In this document: positions 13,201 through 23,400 of the stretch, piece after piece
Position numbering within the stretch: the stretch's first letter is position 1
Layout of the letters: each line of letters opens with the position of its first letter
Origin: Eutreptiella sp. 'Long Island Sound 2002'
Taxonomy: Eukaryota > Protista > Euglenida
Direction of reading: 5' to 3'
DNA: 64,000 nucleotides
Assembly (NCBI GenBank): GCA_964036045.1
Contig: OZ038378.1
Location: forward strand, 172,236,001 to 172,300,000
Made by a program: the position numbers and the translations under genes
Notes under the pieces: model-generated
Databases searched by the model: none
Told to the model about the DNA's origin: nothing
What the model saw: the letters and a program-made list of their open reading frames with translations, nothing else

Positions 13201-16200
13201 AGGGAGTGCAAGAGTGGTAGGACTGTTAGATAACTTGAGTCCACCTACTTGTCGCAGCAGGTGGCCCAAGGCACTTGTGGGTGCAATGTCAATGTCAATA
13301 TTGTGCATAGACTTTGCACATGTGCAATCGGTGCAAGCATGATAGACACACTTGCAATTGGGGGACGGGGGGTATGAGAAACAATGGGCATAATGTGGGG
13401 GGCTTATGCAGAGACTTGTGAGCTTGCAAGAATCAAGGAACTGAGATGTGTGCGTTGCCGCACTGGTGTGGATGCTTGGGAAGCGGAGGAGGTTGGGGAT
13501 GGGAGGTAACCTTGTGAACTGTCAATAATAAGTAATCATAAAAAATCAGTAGGAACTGTAACTTTGTGGCCTAGTCTAGAGGCTAGGGTGGAGGAGGAGG
13601 ATGAGCACACAGGGGAAGGGGTGGAGCTGTGTGACCGTGGGGTAAAGAAATCTGTGATGGTGGTTCAGCGTGGTGTGGGTGGTTGTGTGTGTGTGTGTGG
13701 GGTTGGTTGGTTTAAGGAAAATGATTCCTCTTTGTCTAAAACGCTTTTAACAAAGAGTCATGGACACAGATCCAATGAGCGTCACTGGTGGGGTTAGGTA
13801 GGGGGCGAGAATCATCATCAAATCTCTCTACTGAGCACTCATGACAGACCCACAAGCAATCAACAATGCTGATGACAAGGGGTTCACAACACTTTTGATG
13901 GTAACCAATTGTGTGGCTGTGGTCACCATCGCAAATCGGAATGTCATTGTCCTCAGCCATTTCACCACTCAAACAAACTGAGGAGACTCAGATCATGCAC
14001 CATCGGTGCATGCTACATCTTCTAGTGCTACGTCCACGTCCACGTCCACTTCTAGCTCAAGCACTGAGTCCGAATCTAACTCGACAAGTTCTGCTTCTGC
14101 CTGTGATAGCAGTACTTCTGGATCTAATTCGTCCGATTCGTCCGATTCGTCAACTGGCGCCGAGTTGTAGTGCCAACGGGAGGCCATGGTGGGGCGTTGC
14201 ATCCTTTTTTTTTTGTGCTATGGGATGTAGCTGGAATTGACCGGACGTAAGCACCACCACTGTTAGTGGGGGGTGGGGAACTGCAGGAACAATGCAACAA
14301 TGATGATGAGTGCATTTGGGACCAACATGAAATTCCAGTGAACAAACGCATGTATCATAGCGGCTACATAACCTGTTCCTTCTCAGGTCCCAAAGGGGGG
14401 AGGAAAACAGAAGGGGTGGGGGGGGGAAGGTTTGCGCGGTCACGGGCCCGTTCGAGCCCCTTTCCTAGGACCCCCCCGCCCTCCCTTTAGGGCTCAAACG
14501 TCAGGCAGCCACAAGGGTGGCTGATTACATGACAGAAATTGCACATTTACGGATTGGGTGTTTCAAGGTGTGCCCAAGCTAGACGTGAAAAGGTTGCGTT
14601 GGCTTGTGTTGTATGCATGCAAATACTACTTCCGCAATAAAGAGCCCCTGACCACCCATTTGACGTTGGCTGCCACTAGGGTAGTGCATTTATTGGCATT
14701 GCAACATGAGTGCCATCGTTTTGATGACCATTGGTACTGTGACCCAGTAGAGGAGCTAGGTGGGGTGCTTGGGGACGTTCAAGAGCAAGGGATCAATTTC
14801 CTTGGGAGTGAGTATTTCATTTGTCTCAAAGGTAATGATCACCAAGAGAATGCCATTGGTGTTGTGAGACTAGCATGTGGGCATGTGGGCAACGCGGGGT
14901 CTTGGATTTTACACAATGCTGCCGGCGCTTCTTTGTGGCAACCCGAAATTGGGTCCATTTTCGCAGAAGGAGCACGTTGCACATCTTGGTGGAAGGAATG
15001 TGCATTGAGGACAACATGACCCTTGCATATGGTGGTGCGTGCTAGTTGCTCGTTGATTTACAACCCCTTTGGCAACAGGGTTGTGGCACACTTTGTATGG
15101 ATCCTTACACTAACCTCCTGTTCATTGACGATTCCGATGATGCATGTTCCGTAAAGGTTGGTAGTACACCACCAACCTTGGGGCCGTGCCTAATGTGTCA
15201 CAAGTGGGTTGCTTTGCATAGCATGCGGACTCTAGCAACTGCTCTTCAGTCAAGACATTGAACCGTTGGGCAAAGCCATCCCACATATGATGAACATTGG
15301 ACTTCAACTTCATAAATTGGTAAACCTGCCCTTTGAATTTTTGCACTTTGGATCAACATGCTGTTCCAAGCGTACAATTGAGGGCTGGGGTACTCTTGCA
15401 TGGCCATGAGTTGCTCATAGCCCATGACCACACTTGGGCTCTTAGCCTAAGCGGCAAGCAGCCCGCTTCCATTGCGGCCATGCTCTGAGAGGGTCCGCAA
15501 GTAGAACAAACCCAAGAACAACCTCATGTAGCACCTTGTCGTTCATGCCTTCTTTGATGACAACCAGATCACGGAGGTCCTCATGGGCATCCCCCACATC
15601 TCTTGGATTCGCCAATGGTTTCAACAAAAAGGTAGGCAGATTCTCCTTAGAGAATGTGCACACCATGTTTGTGGGTTTTGTGGTGGCGATGATTTGGCCA
15701 ATGCATTGCGTCTTGTGCCGTGATGTGGTTTGATTGTACAGCATGGCACACAATTTTGAAGTGAGGCATCTTGGTTTCTCACCTCGTAGCTCCTTGTCCA
15801 TAGCAGCCAATGAAAAAAAAAATAGTGGTTCGTTGGACTAACAAGAAGAAAAACAACAAGCGGTCGTGTGATGAGGTGGCTGAAGACGATGGAGGGGACG
15901 TTGAGGGCCCCCAAGTGTGGTAACGTCTGCACCAACCCCCATGCCTACCAACACCTGCAATTCCTCCTCCTCCTCCTCCTCCTCCTCCTCCTCCTCCTCC
16001 TCCTCCTCCTCCTCCTCCTCCTCCTCCTCCTTGTCCTGGTCCTCGTCTTGGTCCTCGTCCTGGTCCTCCTCATCCTCCTCCTTCCTCCTTCTTTGGCCTT
16101 CCCCTCCCCCATCTTTTTAGGCCGATCTGCAGAAAGTGTCCCAAGTAGCCACTCTTAGTCTAAGGCCCTTCCCTAGAAAGTGTCCCAAGTAGTACCTGCT

Positions 16201-17104
16201 GGCAACAGGTGCAACAGGTCGTAGGCCCTTCCCTAGGTTTAGGACTGTGAGGCCAAGTGTAGCCTAATCAATGGCCAGCATGCCCTAACCTAGCCACATA
16301 GGTCAGGATTAGAAGGAGGGCAAAGGGTGGCTGGGGAGTCTGGGGCTCCGTTAGTTGGCCCTGCGCTCGTGGGCCTATGATGGGATGAGCTATTAGAATC
16401 ATATCAGGTAGTTGCTTGCCTCTTCCTAGGCTACTAGCGGGACACTTGCTTCCCCTTCCTTGCGCTCTGTAATGTGCGACACCGCTCTGCCCCAGAGGCT
16501 GCCTCGTACATCGAGGAGAAGGGCCACGAGAAAGAAGAAGAGTGTGTGGCCCTTACTTCAACAATTCACCCTCACTGGGGTACTCCGTGTCCAGAGCCCC
16601 CCCCCCCCCCCCCGGAGCGATATAAGAAAATTGTCTGTGTAAGGATAGTACAAGGTTGTACCTGTTACAGCCGCAAGGTACAAAGAGAGTCTCTTCAAAT
16701 GTCGCCTCATATTCGCCTAATGCCCTTGCACCTGCACTCATCGTAACATGCATTTTGCTGTCAGTTTGGTTGGAAACAAATGCAAAGCAGAATGAGGAAA
16801 AGATGGTCCATTTACGAGCATTGCGGAACGAACAATCCCAGTTCAAAGAAGCCCAACGCCGATGGGAGGCTGTATGTGCTATTGTGACGTGTGTGGCTTT
16901 GCTGGCAGTGGCAGTGGCCATTGTGGTGTATGGGTGGAGGACACGATTTCTTTTTTCCGATTTTGATTTCCCTTTTAAAGGACCACACAAGTTACAACTG
17001 CCATCGGCTGCCATCAGTTTCTTTCTAATCGCCGTGAGGTGTGACTGCTGAGCCACGAGAAATCTCTCCACATTCTGCAGGGTTCAGTTCCTCAGAACCT
17101 TTGA
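1..17104 (+). CDS. Gene 1 (5' end outside the window): multi-exon, charged coiled-coil protein; possibly ciliary/trichohyalin-plectin-homology-like, family not assigned
   Basis: Phase-consistent GT-AG exons: <1-50 ([16 protein letters not shown]), 530-670 ([47 protein letters not shown]), 2228-2355 ([42 protein letters not shown]), 8641-~8707 ([21 protein letters not shown]), 16791-16871 ([27 protein letters not shown]), and a candidate last exon 17081-17104 (GSVPQNL*). All are E/K/Q/R-rich and helical. Extra exons in the two long introns could have been missed. Confidence 0.65.
1041..1240. repeat. (CT)n and (GA)n microsatellites facing each other
   Basis: (CT)n at 1041-1094, a spacer of about 44 bp, then (GA)n at 1138-1240. 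Confidence 0.95.
3050..5830 (-). pseudogene. Decayed non-LTR (LINE-like) retrotransposon remnant in a gene 1 intron
   Basis: The minus frame near 3500-3570 reads [23 protein letters not shown], resembling the S..GLQ.QL..L..FC...G segment after YADD in LINE RTs. WKHILGT follows, and there are many stops and frameshifts. The YADD motif itself was not seen. Confidence 0.45.
5935..5990 (+). repeat. Hexamer array (GGGCAA/GGACAA)
   Basis: About 9 degenerate units. Confidence 0.8.
6740..6940 (+). repeat. Tandem duplication with a period of about 127 bp
   Basis: GAAAAGTGCTTGCRAGGTTGCATGCGAGGTTGGC occurs at ~6742 and ~6869. Confidence 0.8.
9200..10400 (+). pseudogene. Possible decayed RT-like remnant
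   Basis: Fragments [16 protein letters not shown] and [13 protein letters not shown] weakly resemble the LINE RT D..KAFD and ..GLQ..LD regions; heavily disrupted. Confidence 0.25.
11690..11990 (+). repeat. Minisatellite with a unit of about 56 bp (GGTTATGTAGCC family)
   Basis: About 5 units of AGAAGGCAAGGGTTATGTAGCCACTTC.GATTT...TGGGGAC; related units at 14361-14405 (reverse) and 31660-31900. Confidence 0.9.
12400..15930 (-). pseudogene. Decayed coding remnant, probably transposon-derived; family not assigned
   Basis: Protein-like stretches broken by stops (for example [30 protein letters not shown] and [14 protein letters not shown]), Cys clusters, and TG/CA-rich composition. Confidence 0.3.
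15961..16085 (+). repeat. (CCT)n trinucleotide microsatellite with a degenerate tail
   Basis: More than 20 perfect CCT units, then GTCCTC/GGTCCT variants. Confidence 0.95.
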
Positions 17105-18118
17105 TAATGGACCCATCTCAGGGGAGGGGGTCGAGGCATGACCGTACTCACCACAACAGTCAGTAGCAGCATGTTTCTATCACCCCAACGCCGGACTGAA
17201 GTGACGGGGGAGGAACCCATTGCAAGCCACGCGACAGTATGTCATGGACAGCCATACTAATACACAAACACGCAGTATTCTGCGCATGGGGGTCGAAGTC
17301 ACCCCTTCAGTCACCCCTTGCGGAAGGTGCTCGTAAACGACCACCAGGAGATCACGCGCACACACGAATGGTAGGCAACACGGCCAAAAGAAGGCACACA
17401 AAAGGTACACCCTTGCTTTGTCATTGTTTGGTCCCTGGTTGTGGTTTTGCATGGCCCCATACGCTATTTCGGTGTGGGCAACCATTCACCTGCTTACATA
17501 CTCCATGTCATTTCTGCCTTGTTGACGACCTGGCACAGTGGTCCTGAAAAGCACCCACGCCCACTTTTATCAGACTAGGTGCCCCAGTGCGGGTGGGGGG
17601 AGATTGAGGTCCACATTTCCCCTGCAATTTCGGAATTTCTCGCTTTTTTTGGCTATTTCCTGCATTTTCCCCCCGCAATTTTCCGCAATTACTTTTGTTT
17701 TTGAGGATGCTTTTCTTGATTTCACAGTCAACTTTTGGTGGTGACTGGCTGTGACGTGGAATGCTTTTTCTCACAGTGCAGCACTGTTTCCAAGCGTCAG
17801 CACAAATTGAATGACAACATCTGCCGCTTTCGTTTCATGGATCAATTCCATGGTCACGGCGGGGACGTCTCCTCAGTTTTGGTACGCGACTCCCCCCCCC
17901 CCTCCCGCCCTCTGGGCCCAATTAGTTGCCAAGGGTCAATAGCTACTGGCCATGCATATGGTGGCACAGAAGGCGCCTGAAAAAAAAATTTATTCCCCTT
18001 GCCCACGTGGCACCCCTCCGTGCCCAAGTTGTGGAGTGTGGATGTGAGGCACCCCCACTTGCCCTCTTGGCACCCCTCCCTGCCCAGGTTAGGGTTCGGG
18101 TTCGGATTAGGGTTAGGG

Positions 18119-19423
18119 TCACCGAGCTGGTGGAACCAGTCTTGGTTTTATAACCCTCTTTAGTGTCTAGGGTGGAGACCTAACAAGTTTGGCAAGCAAG
18201 CAGCAAGCAAGCAGCAAGCAAGCAGCAAGCACGCGCGAAATGGGGAAAAATCACAGCTCTGTCTTGGTGCTTCGCATTTGGCTAAAATTTTCGTGGATGA
18301 TACCCATGGGTGTGAGGGACAACCACACAAAGTATGAGCCAGAAACTCAACAGTGGCGGCTGGGAACGGGTGTCGCATGTGGTGTACCTTCGTTTCCAAA
18401 TTTGTGGAAAATGGCAAAAAATTGCCATTTTTGGGGCAGGTTGGGTGCCTAGGATGTCCATGGAGGGGTGCATTTGCATTGGAACCAACCAAGATGATGA
18501 ACAAACACCTTTTTTCACACTATAGTGTGTTTTGCACTTGACTGGTGGCCTCGGCAACCTCTTTTTGGGGCCAAAATAAGGCAAAATCAGCCTTGAAAAG
18601 CACCCTTTTTGCACACCTTTTCAAGTTCCACCTTCCCATGCTGTATTTGATAGCCATGGAATGTGTTGGGCACCCTCGTGGTGATAAATAACGATGAAAG
18701 GGATCACGCGCAATGTTATTCCATGCTGTCAACACCCTTCACTGCCCTATTGGCACCACCAGCGTGCACGGTGCACGTGTTGGGGTAGGGTTATGGGGGT
18801 CACATGGGGGTCCCAAAATGGTCAAAAATGATTTTTTTTCCAAATTTGGTCCCAGACCACTTGGGGTGCTCAAACAAGTGGCTTAAGGCTATCTTGAGCC
18901 GTGTCTAACCCATGGTAGCCCATGTAAGGTCCCAAAAACCCTTGAAATGGGCAATTTTAGGGCTTGCAGTGCATAAGGGAGGGGGGTGTCCAGGGGGAAC
19001 GTGTTGTGTTTGAATGCTATGTATTGCTTTGGGCACCCTTGTGATGACAAATAATCATGAAGCAGATAATTTTCAACCTAATTGTGCGTAGTCAACACCC
19101 TTAATCCCCCATTGGAGTGCCATAGCATGTACCATGCACATGCTAGGGTAGGGTTATGGGGGTCACTGGTGGGTCCAAAAGGGGTCAAAAATGATTTTTT
19201 CCAAGGCCGTTCTTTGACTACGTGGGGTGCTCAAACAAATGGTTTCGGGCCATGTCGAACTATTTGTGACCCATATTAGCCCATGCAAGTTCGCAAAAAC
19301 TCTTCAAATGGGCAATTTGCAATTGTTAACTACCTTTCAGCCATGTCCCCCCTTGTTGGGCCCATTTTGCTAGTGTAGCTCCTGTTCCCTCCCCAGCACC
19401 TCGGTCCCAATATTGAGTCTTGA
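18119..19423 (+). mobile_element. Telomeric-repeat-flanked element, copy A1 (full length)
   Basis: Starts TTAGGG|TCACCGAGCTGGTGGAACCAGTCTTGG, has an internal (GCAA/GCAGCAA)n tract and an internal duplication of about 360 bp, and ends TCGGTCCCAATATTGAGTCTTGA|TTAGGG. Confidence 0.75.
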
Positions 19424-19435
19424 TTAGGGTTAGGG

Positions 19436-20021
19436 TCACCTAGCTGGTGGAACCAGTCTTGGTTTTATAACCCTCTTTAGTGTCCAGGGTGGACCTAACA
19501 AGTTTGGCAATTAAACAGCAAGCAGTAAGCAGCTAGCAACAAGCAGCAAGCAAGCAGCAAGCAAGCAAGCACGCGCGAAATGGGGGAAAATAACAGCTCC
19601 GTCGTGGTGCTTCGCATTCGGCTAAAATTTTTGTGGATGCTACCTATGGGTGTGAGGGACAACCACACAAAGTATGAGCTAGAAACTCAACGGTGGCTGC
19701 CGGGAACGGGCGTCGCAAGTGCAGGACCTCCATTGCAAAAGCTGCAATTTAGGGCCAAAATCAGCCTTTTTTTGCCCAAAACCGCCCTAGAACCTGCTGA
19801 AAACGGCCGAATGAAGGGAAATAGTGGCTACTCCACACATACAGCTAGACTTCCCCGTGCCGAAGGGCCCTCTAGGGCCCTCTAACTCCACAATATGTCC
19901 TTGCTGCTTGCTGCTTGCTGCTTGCTGCTTGCTGCCTGCTGCTTGCTTGCCAAACCTTTTAGGTCTACCCTAGACACTAAAGAGGGTTATAAAACCAAGA
20001 CTGGTCCCACCAGCTGGGTGG
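19436..20021. mobile_element. Telomeric-repeat-flanked element: truncated copy A2 (+, 19436-19900) fused to an inverted 5' fragment A3 (-, 19901-20021)
   Basis: Both outer ends carry the same approximately 120-bp 5' sequence in inverted orientation; flanked by (TTAGGG)2 on the left and (CCCTAA)2 on the right. Confidence 0.75.
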
Positions 20022-20490
20022 CCCTAACCCTAACGTCTGCTGTTGTAGAGTAACCCCTTAGGCCACTGCATCCCTGCCAGACTGGACTAGACCTCTGCTA
20101 ACCCTCTCACCCGGGCGCCCCCCCCCCCTTAGCGACTAGCCAGTCCCCTATAGAAGCCCTCCTCGACGGCTACCCCCCCCCCCCCCCAAGACCCCCCCCT
20201 CCTGTTGGGGGCCTTTGGCCCACTTCTACTTGGGGGGGAGTCGCATACAAAAGCCAGGAGACGTCCCTCCAGTGTCCATGGTGATGTTGAGGGCCGGCTC
20301 CTGTAATTGTACTGCCTGTGGACCAATTTGTACGATGCAAAGAAAAGATGTTATGCAACTGTCCAGAAGTGATGTTTCCTTAGGGTTGAGGAGGGTTGCG
20401 TGCGCCAGTGCAGTTTCCCCCTCCCTGTCCGGTGTCTCTTGTGTCGCAGTGGGAAGATACCGCTCAGCTTCCAGCCAACAGCAGCAAAGT

Positions 20491-23400
20491 ATGGACGGCG
20501 CGTCAGCGCTGCGCTCAAGAAGTGGGGTCCTTAAAAAAGATTTGCGACCTCGACTCTCTTCAGCCGGAGCGCTTCTTCAGTCCTTGTATGTCCACAATGT
20601 GCGTGCGTGTGTCCTTAGCTGGATGGCCGCGACTCTGGGATGGATATTCCACATGACCCTCCTGACGCAATGTGTGGCCTGCGTTTTCCTGACAGGAAGG
20701 CACGGTGTCGTCTGCAGGCCTTCTTCTTGTTTTGAATGGGACTGGAGGCGGCCCGATGACACTTTGTGGTGCGACGACACTCTCACTGATGCGCGTTGGC
20801 TAGCGCCTGTTTGTTGCGTTTGATGTTGGAGTCGTGAGTCACGCCGATGGATCGTCCTTCCCGTTGACGGTTGGCGGTTGGCGGTTGAGCGACACCAGTG
20901 TGCATTTGCCAAAATTTTCCGTAGGCATGCGGTCCGTGTGCCCATCATGTACCGCACATCATTTCTGGCGTCTGGCACCCTCCAGAGGGTGCCTTGGTGT
21001 ATTCACTACCGCCCCACACCCAGAACAAAGCATGGCAGTCAGTTCGTTCATAGAGAGGAGAGTGCCCCAACAGGCTGGTTCATGCCGTGGTTGGTCCACC
21101 ACCGCAGTCGGCTGGCAATGGAAGGTAAGAAATTCAAAGTCAGTGGCATTTGAATGACGGCGGTTGGTGCTTGGCATAGGCTGCCCCTGCGGCACGTTGC
21201 ACCACAACCTCGCTCACCTTGCCATTACCTCTGCGCTTTCAAGACTATCCTTCGCCAATGCTTCAGCTTGAGCACTTCATTTCTCGGAATCAAGTAATCA
21301 CACGGAGAATGGATCTGGAATGTGGCTACATCTCCCCTGCCGTATCAGGGCCATGCGAAAACTGAGTGTGGATCATCGTGACATCACCATTACCATAACG
21401 AGGCCAAAAATCTGCACATTCGTGTGAGTTTAGTTTGGGGGGCTGGGGAGATGGTGGGTGTTGGGGTCCGGCTCTACACATAACAGCAGCCCCCCAAGAT
21501 ACGACTGCGCAAACAACACAACATATGACCGCACCAACAACACACCAACAAGACAACAACACAATATACCACTGCACCAGCAACACATTCTACGACTGCA
21601 CCCAACAACCAAATATACAACTACACGCGGCCAAAAATTTGCACATTCCTGTTGGTTAGGTTTTGAGGAGTGGGGAATCGTAGTTGTTGGGGTCCGGCTC
21701 CAAACGTAACCGCACCTTCCCCATGATACGACCGCACAGACAACACAATGTTCGACTGCACCAACAACACAATATATGACTGCACCAATAACACAGTATA
21801 CGACTACACCAACAAACACAATCGGCAACTACACCAAAAACCACAATATCCAATTGCACCAAAACAACAACATACAGCTGCACTGAGAACCACCAACACA
21901 ACTACGTAAAGAACAGAGGGAATGCAATCATGCCAAAAAAAAAGAAGAACCAAAAAAAAACTTCGCCCCGTCTGGACTCCCCTGCTCATCGCCCGCGAGG
22001 TTTTGACGCCCCTGCGCCCTCCAGAAAACAGGGCAAGTCTACCAAGGCTCCACCTCCACCTTCGCCTTACTCACCTGAATTAGTTTGTCCCCGCCCCTTC
22101 TGGACCCCACTGTTCACGCTGCTGGTGTTGGGGTCCAGGACTGAAATGAATTTATTTTGTCTGATTGGTGTGTCTGTATGTGTCAGCCACCATTCGTATC
22201 ACTGCTGCTTTCTCTCTCAGGTAAGAACGAAAAAACGCCCCATTCTGCACATCGGAAGTCCCAGGCGCGTTCCATGAGCGACCAGCCCTCACAGACAGAG
22301 AGATGGCAGCCGCCTCCAGTGTCCCCCGAGGACTTAGAGGTGTTGCGTTTTGCTTCCTGGTTTTTTCCTGAGGAGCCGTTTGGGATCTTCATGCTCTGTG
22401 CACCCCCAGGGCAGGGGCATTGATGGTCACCACAGGGCGCCTGCAAAGAGATTGGGCGTTGATAAGGGGGTCTTGAGTCTGGTAGGGTCTGCTTATTCAC
22501 ACTTGATTTTCCCTGAGCCACATCGGGTCATGCTCCGTTTATGGGTGGGAGGGAGGTGGGTGGGGCTCTGTTGGCCTGTGCTTGAATGGGGGCGAGGCTG
22601 AACGGAATCTCAAGAGCAGCTACAGCAGCGGTGAACGGCGATTGCAAAAGCGACCGGGTGGGGAATTCGGGCGGTTACAAAACAATTTGAAGGCAGTCGG
22701 GGACCGACGAGCGATTTGAGCCCTATTGACAGTCACTCCCTGGGGGGCATTCCCCCTTTCAAGCGGAGGTCATGGGCTCTGGACCCCCCCCCCCCCTGTT
22801 AGAAGCCCCTGTCAGGAAAATTATCCTGCAGATGCACACCGCAGCGCGCACAAGTCAGTGCTGGAGCCGGCAAACCCAGCATGGACTCGGAGTGTGCATC
22901 TGGATGCACCTGGTCACCGGCACGGGCAACAGCCCGTCTCCGGGACAGCCGACCCTGGAGTAGTCAAACAGGACAAGTCATCCAGGGGCTCCGTTGACAC
23001 AACCAAAACACGTTCGGGCCCACAGAGTGTCAGAATGAGCAGTGGCGAGAGGCCCATAGGCGCCGCCAGAGGCAAACAATCAGATACCGAGGCTTTGTGC
23101 CAAACCCCCCCCCCCTGTTAACGGGGACTGCTGGGAGGTGCTGTTCGCTGTTTCAGTGGAGTGCTGACAGGTTCAATGCTGTGTGGAAAGCGTAGTCCTC
23201 TGTAGTAGTGCGATTTGGCCCGGCGATACGTGCTTTCCCGTCTCCTTGCAAGGGCACAGGTTTGTTCGTGTGTGTGCGTGTTGTACTCCCGCGCGCACAC
23301 GCACACGCACACGTACACGCCCGCGCACGCGCGCAGTGGTTTTTGATGGCTGCATTTCAATGCGCAATTTCGATGCTTTTCAGAATTCGGAGCTGCGGCA

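Larger units (their letters stand above)
17855..20274. mobile_element. Non-autonomous hAT-like TIR element (copy 1) carrying nested telomeric-repeat elements
   Basis: TIRs CACGGCGGGGACGTCTCC...GTACGCGACTCCCC and GGGGAGTCGCATAC...GGAGACGTCCCTCCAGTG; perfect 8-bp TSD TCCATGGT at 17847-17854 and 20275-20282. Confidence 0.85.

Noticed and set aside
13993-14202. Acidic ORF ([16 protein letters not shown]...) and its Ser-rich antisense frame
   Set aside because: Low-complexity sequence inside a decayed element region, with no splice context linking it to a gene.
14290-14340. Possible extra gene 1 exon ([17 protein letters not shown])
   Set aside because: The phase is compatible, but the composition is unlike the other exons and it abuts a repeat. 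Insufficient support.
16872-17051. Apparent C-terminal transmembrane helix ([23 protein letters not shown]) suggesting a tail-anchored coiled-coil protein
   Set aside because: A strong donor GTATGT at 16872 precedes it and the sequence is GT-rich, so it is more likely intron read-through. Not excluded without cDNA.
18240-18452. Homologous short ORF (MG.N.S.V.VL.I..KF..M.PMGV..NHTK.E.ETQ.W..GTG) open in three copies of the telomeric-repeat element (18240, 19580, ~57850)
   Set aside because: A hand count over the first 46 codons of A1 versus A2 gives about 10 non-synonymous to 3 synonymous changes, close to neutral expectation. The C-termini also differ, so there is no sign of selection for a protein.
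20330-20450. Ankyrin-like PDREGETALAHA on the minus strand
   Set aside because: It is isolated, lies behind a stop codon, and is antisense to the predicted 5' region of gene 2.
21215-21315. Minus-strand exon candidate IHSPCDYLIPRNEVLKLKHWRRIVLKAQ
   Set aside because: It overlaps a plus-strand exon that fits the gene 2 phase chain, and no neighbouring minus-strand exons were found.
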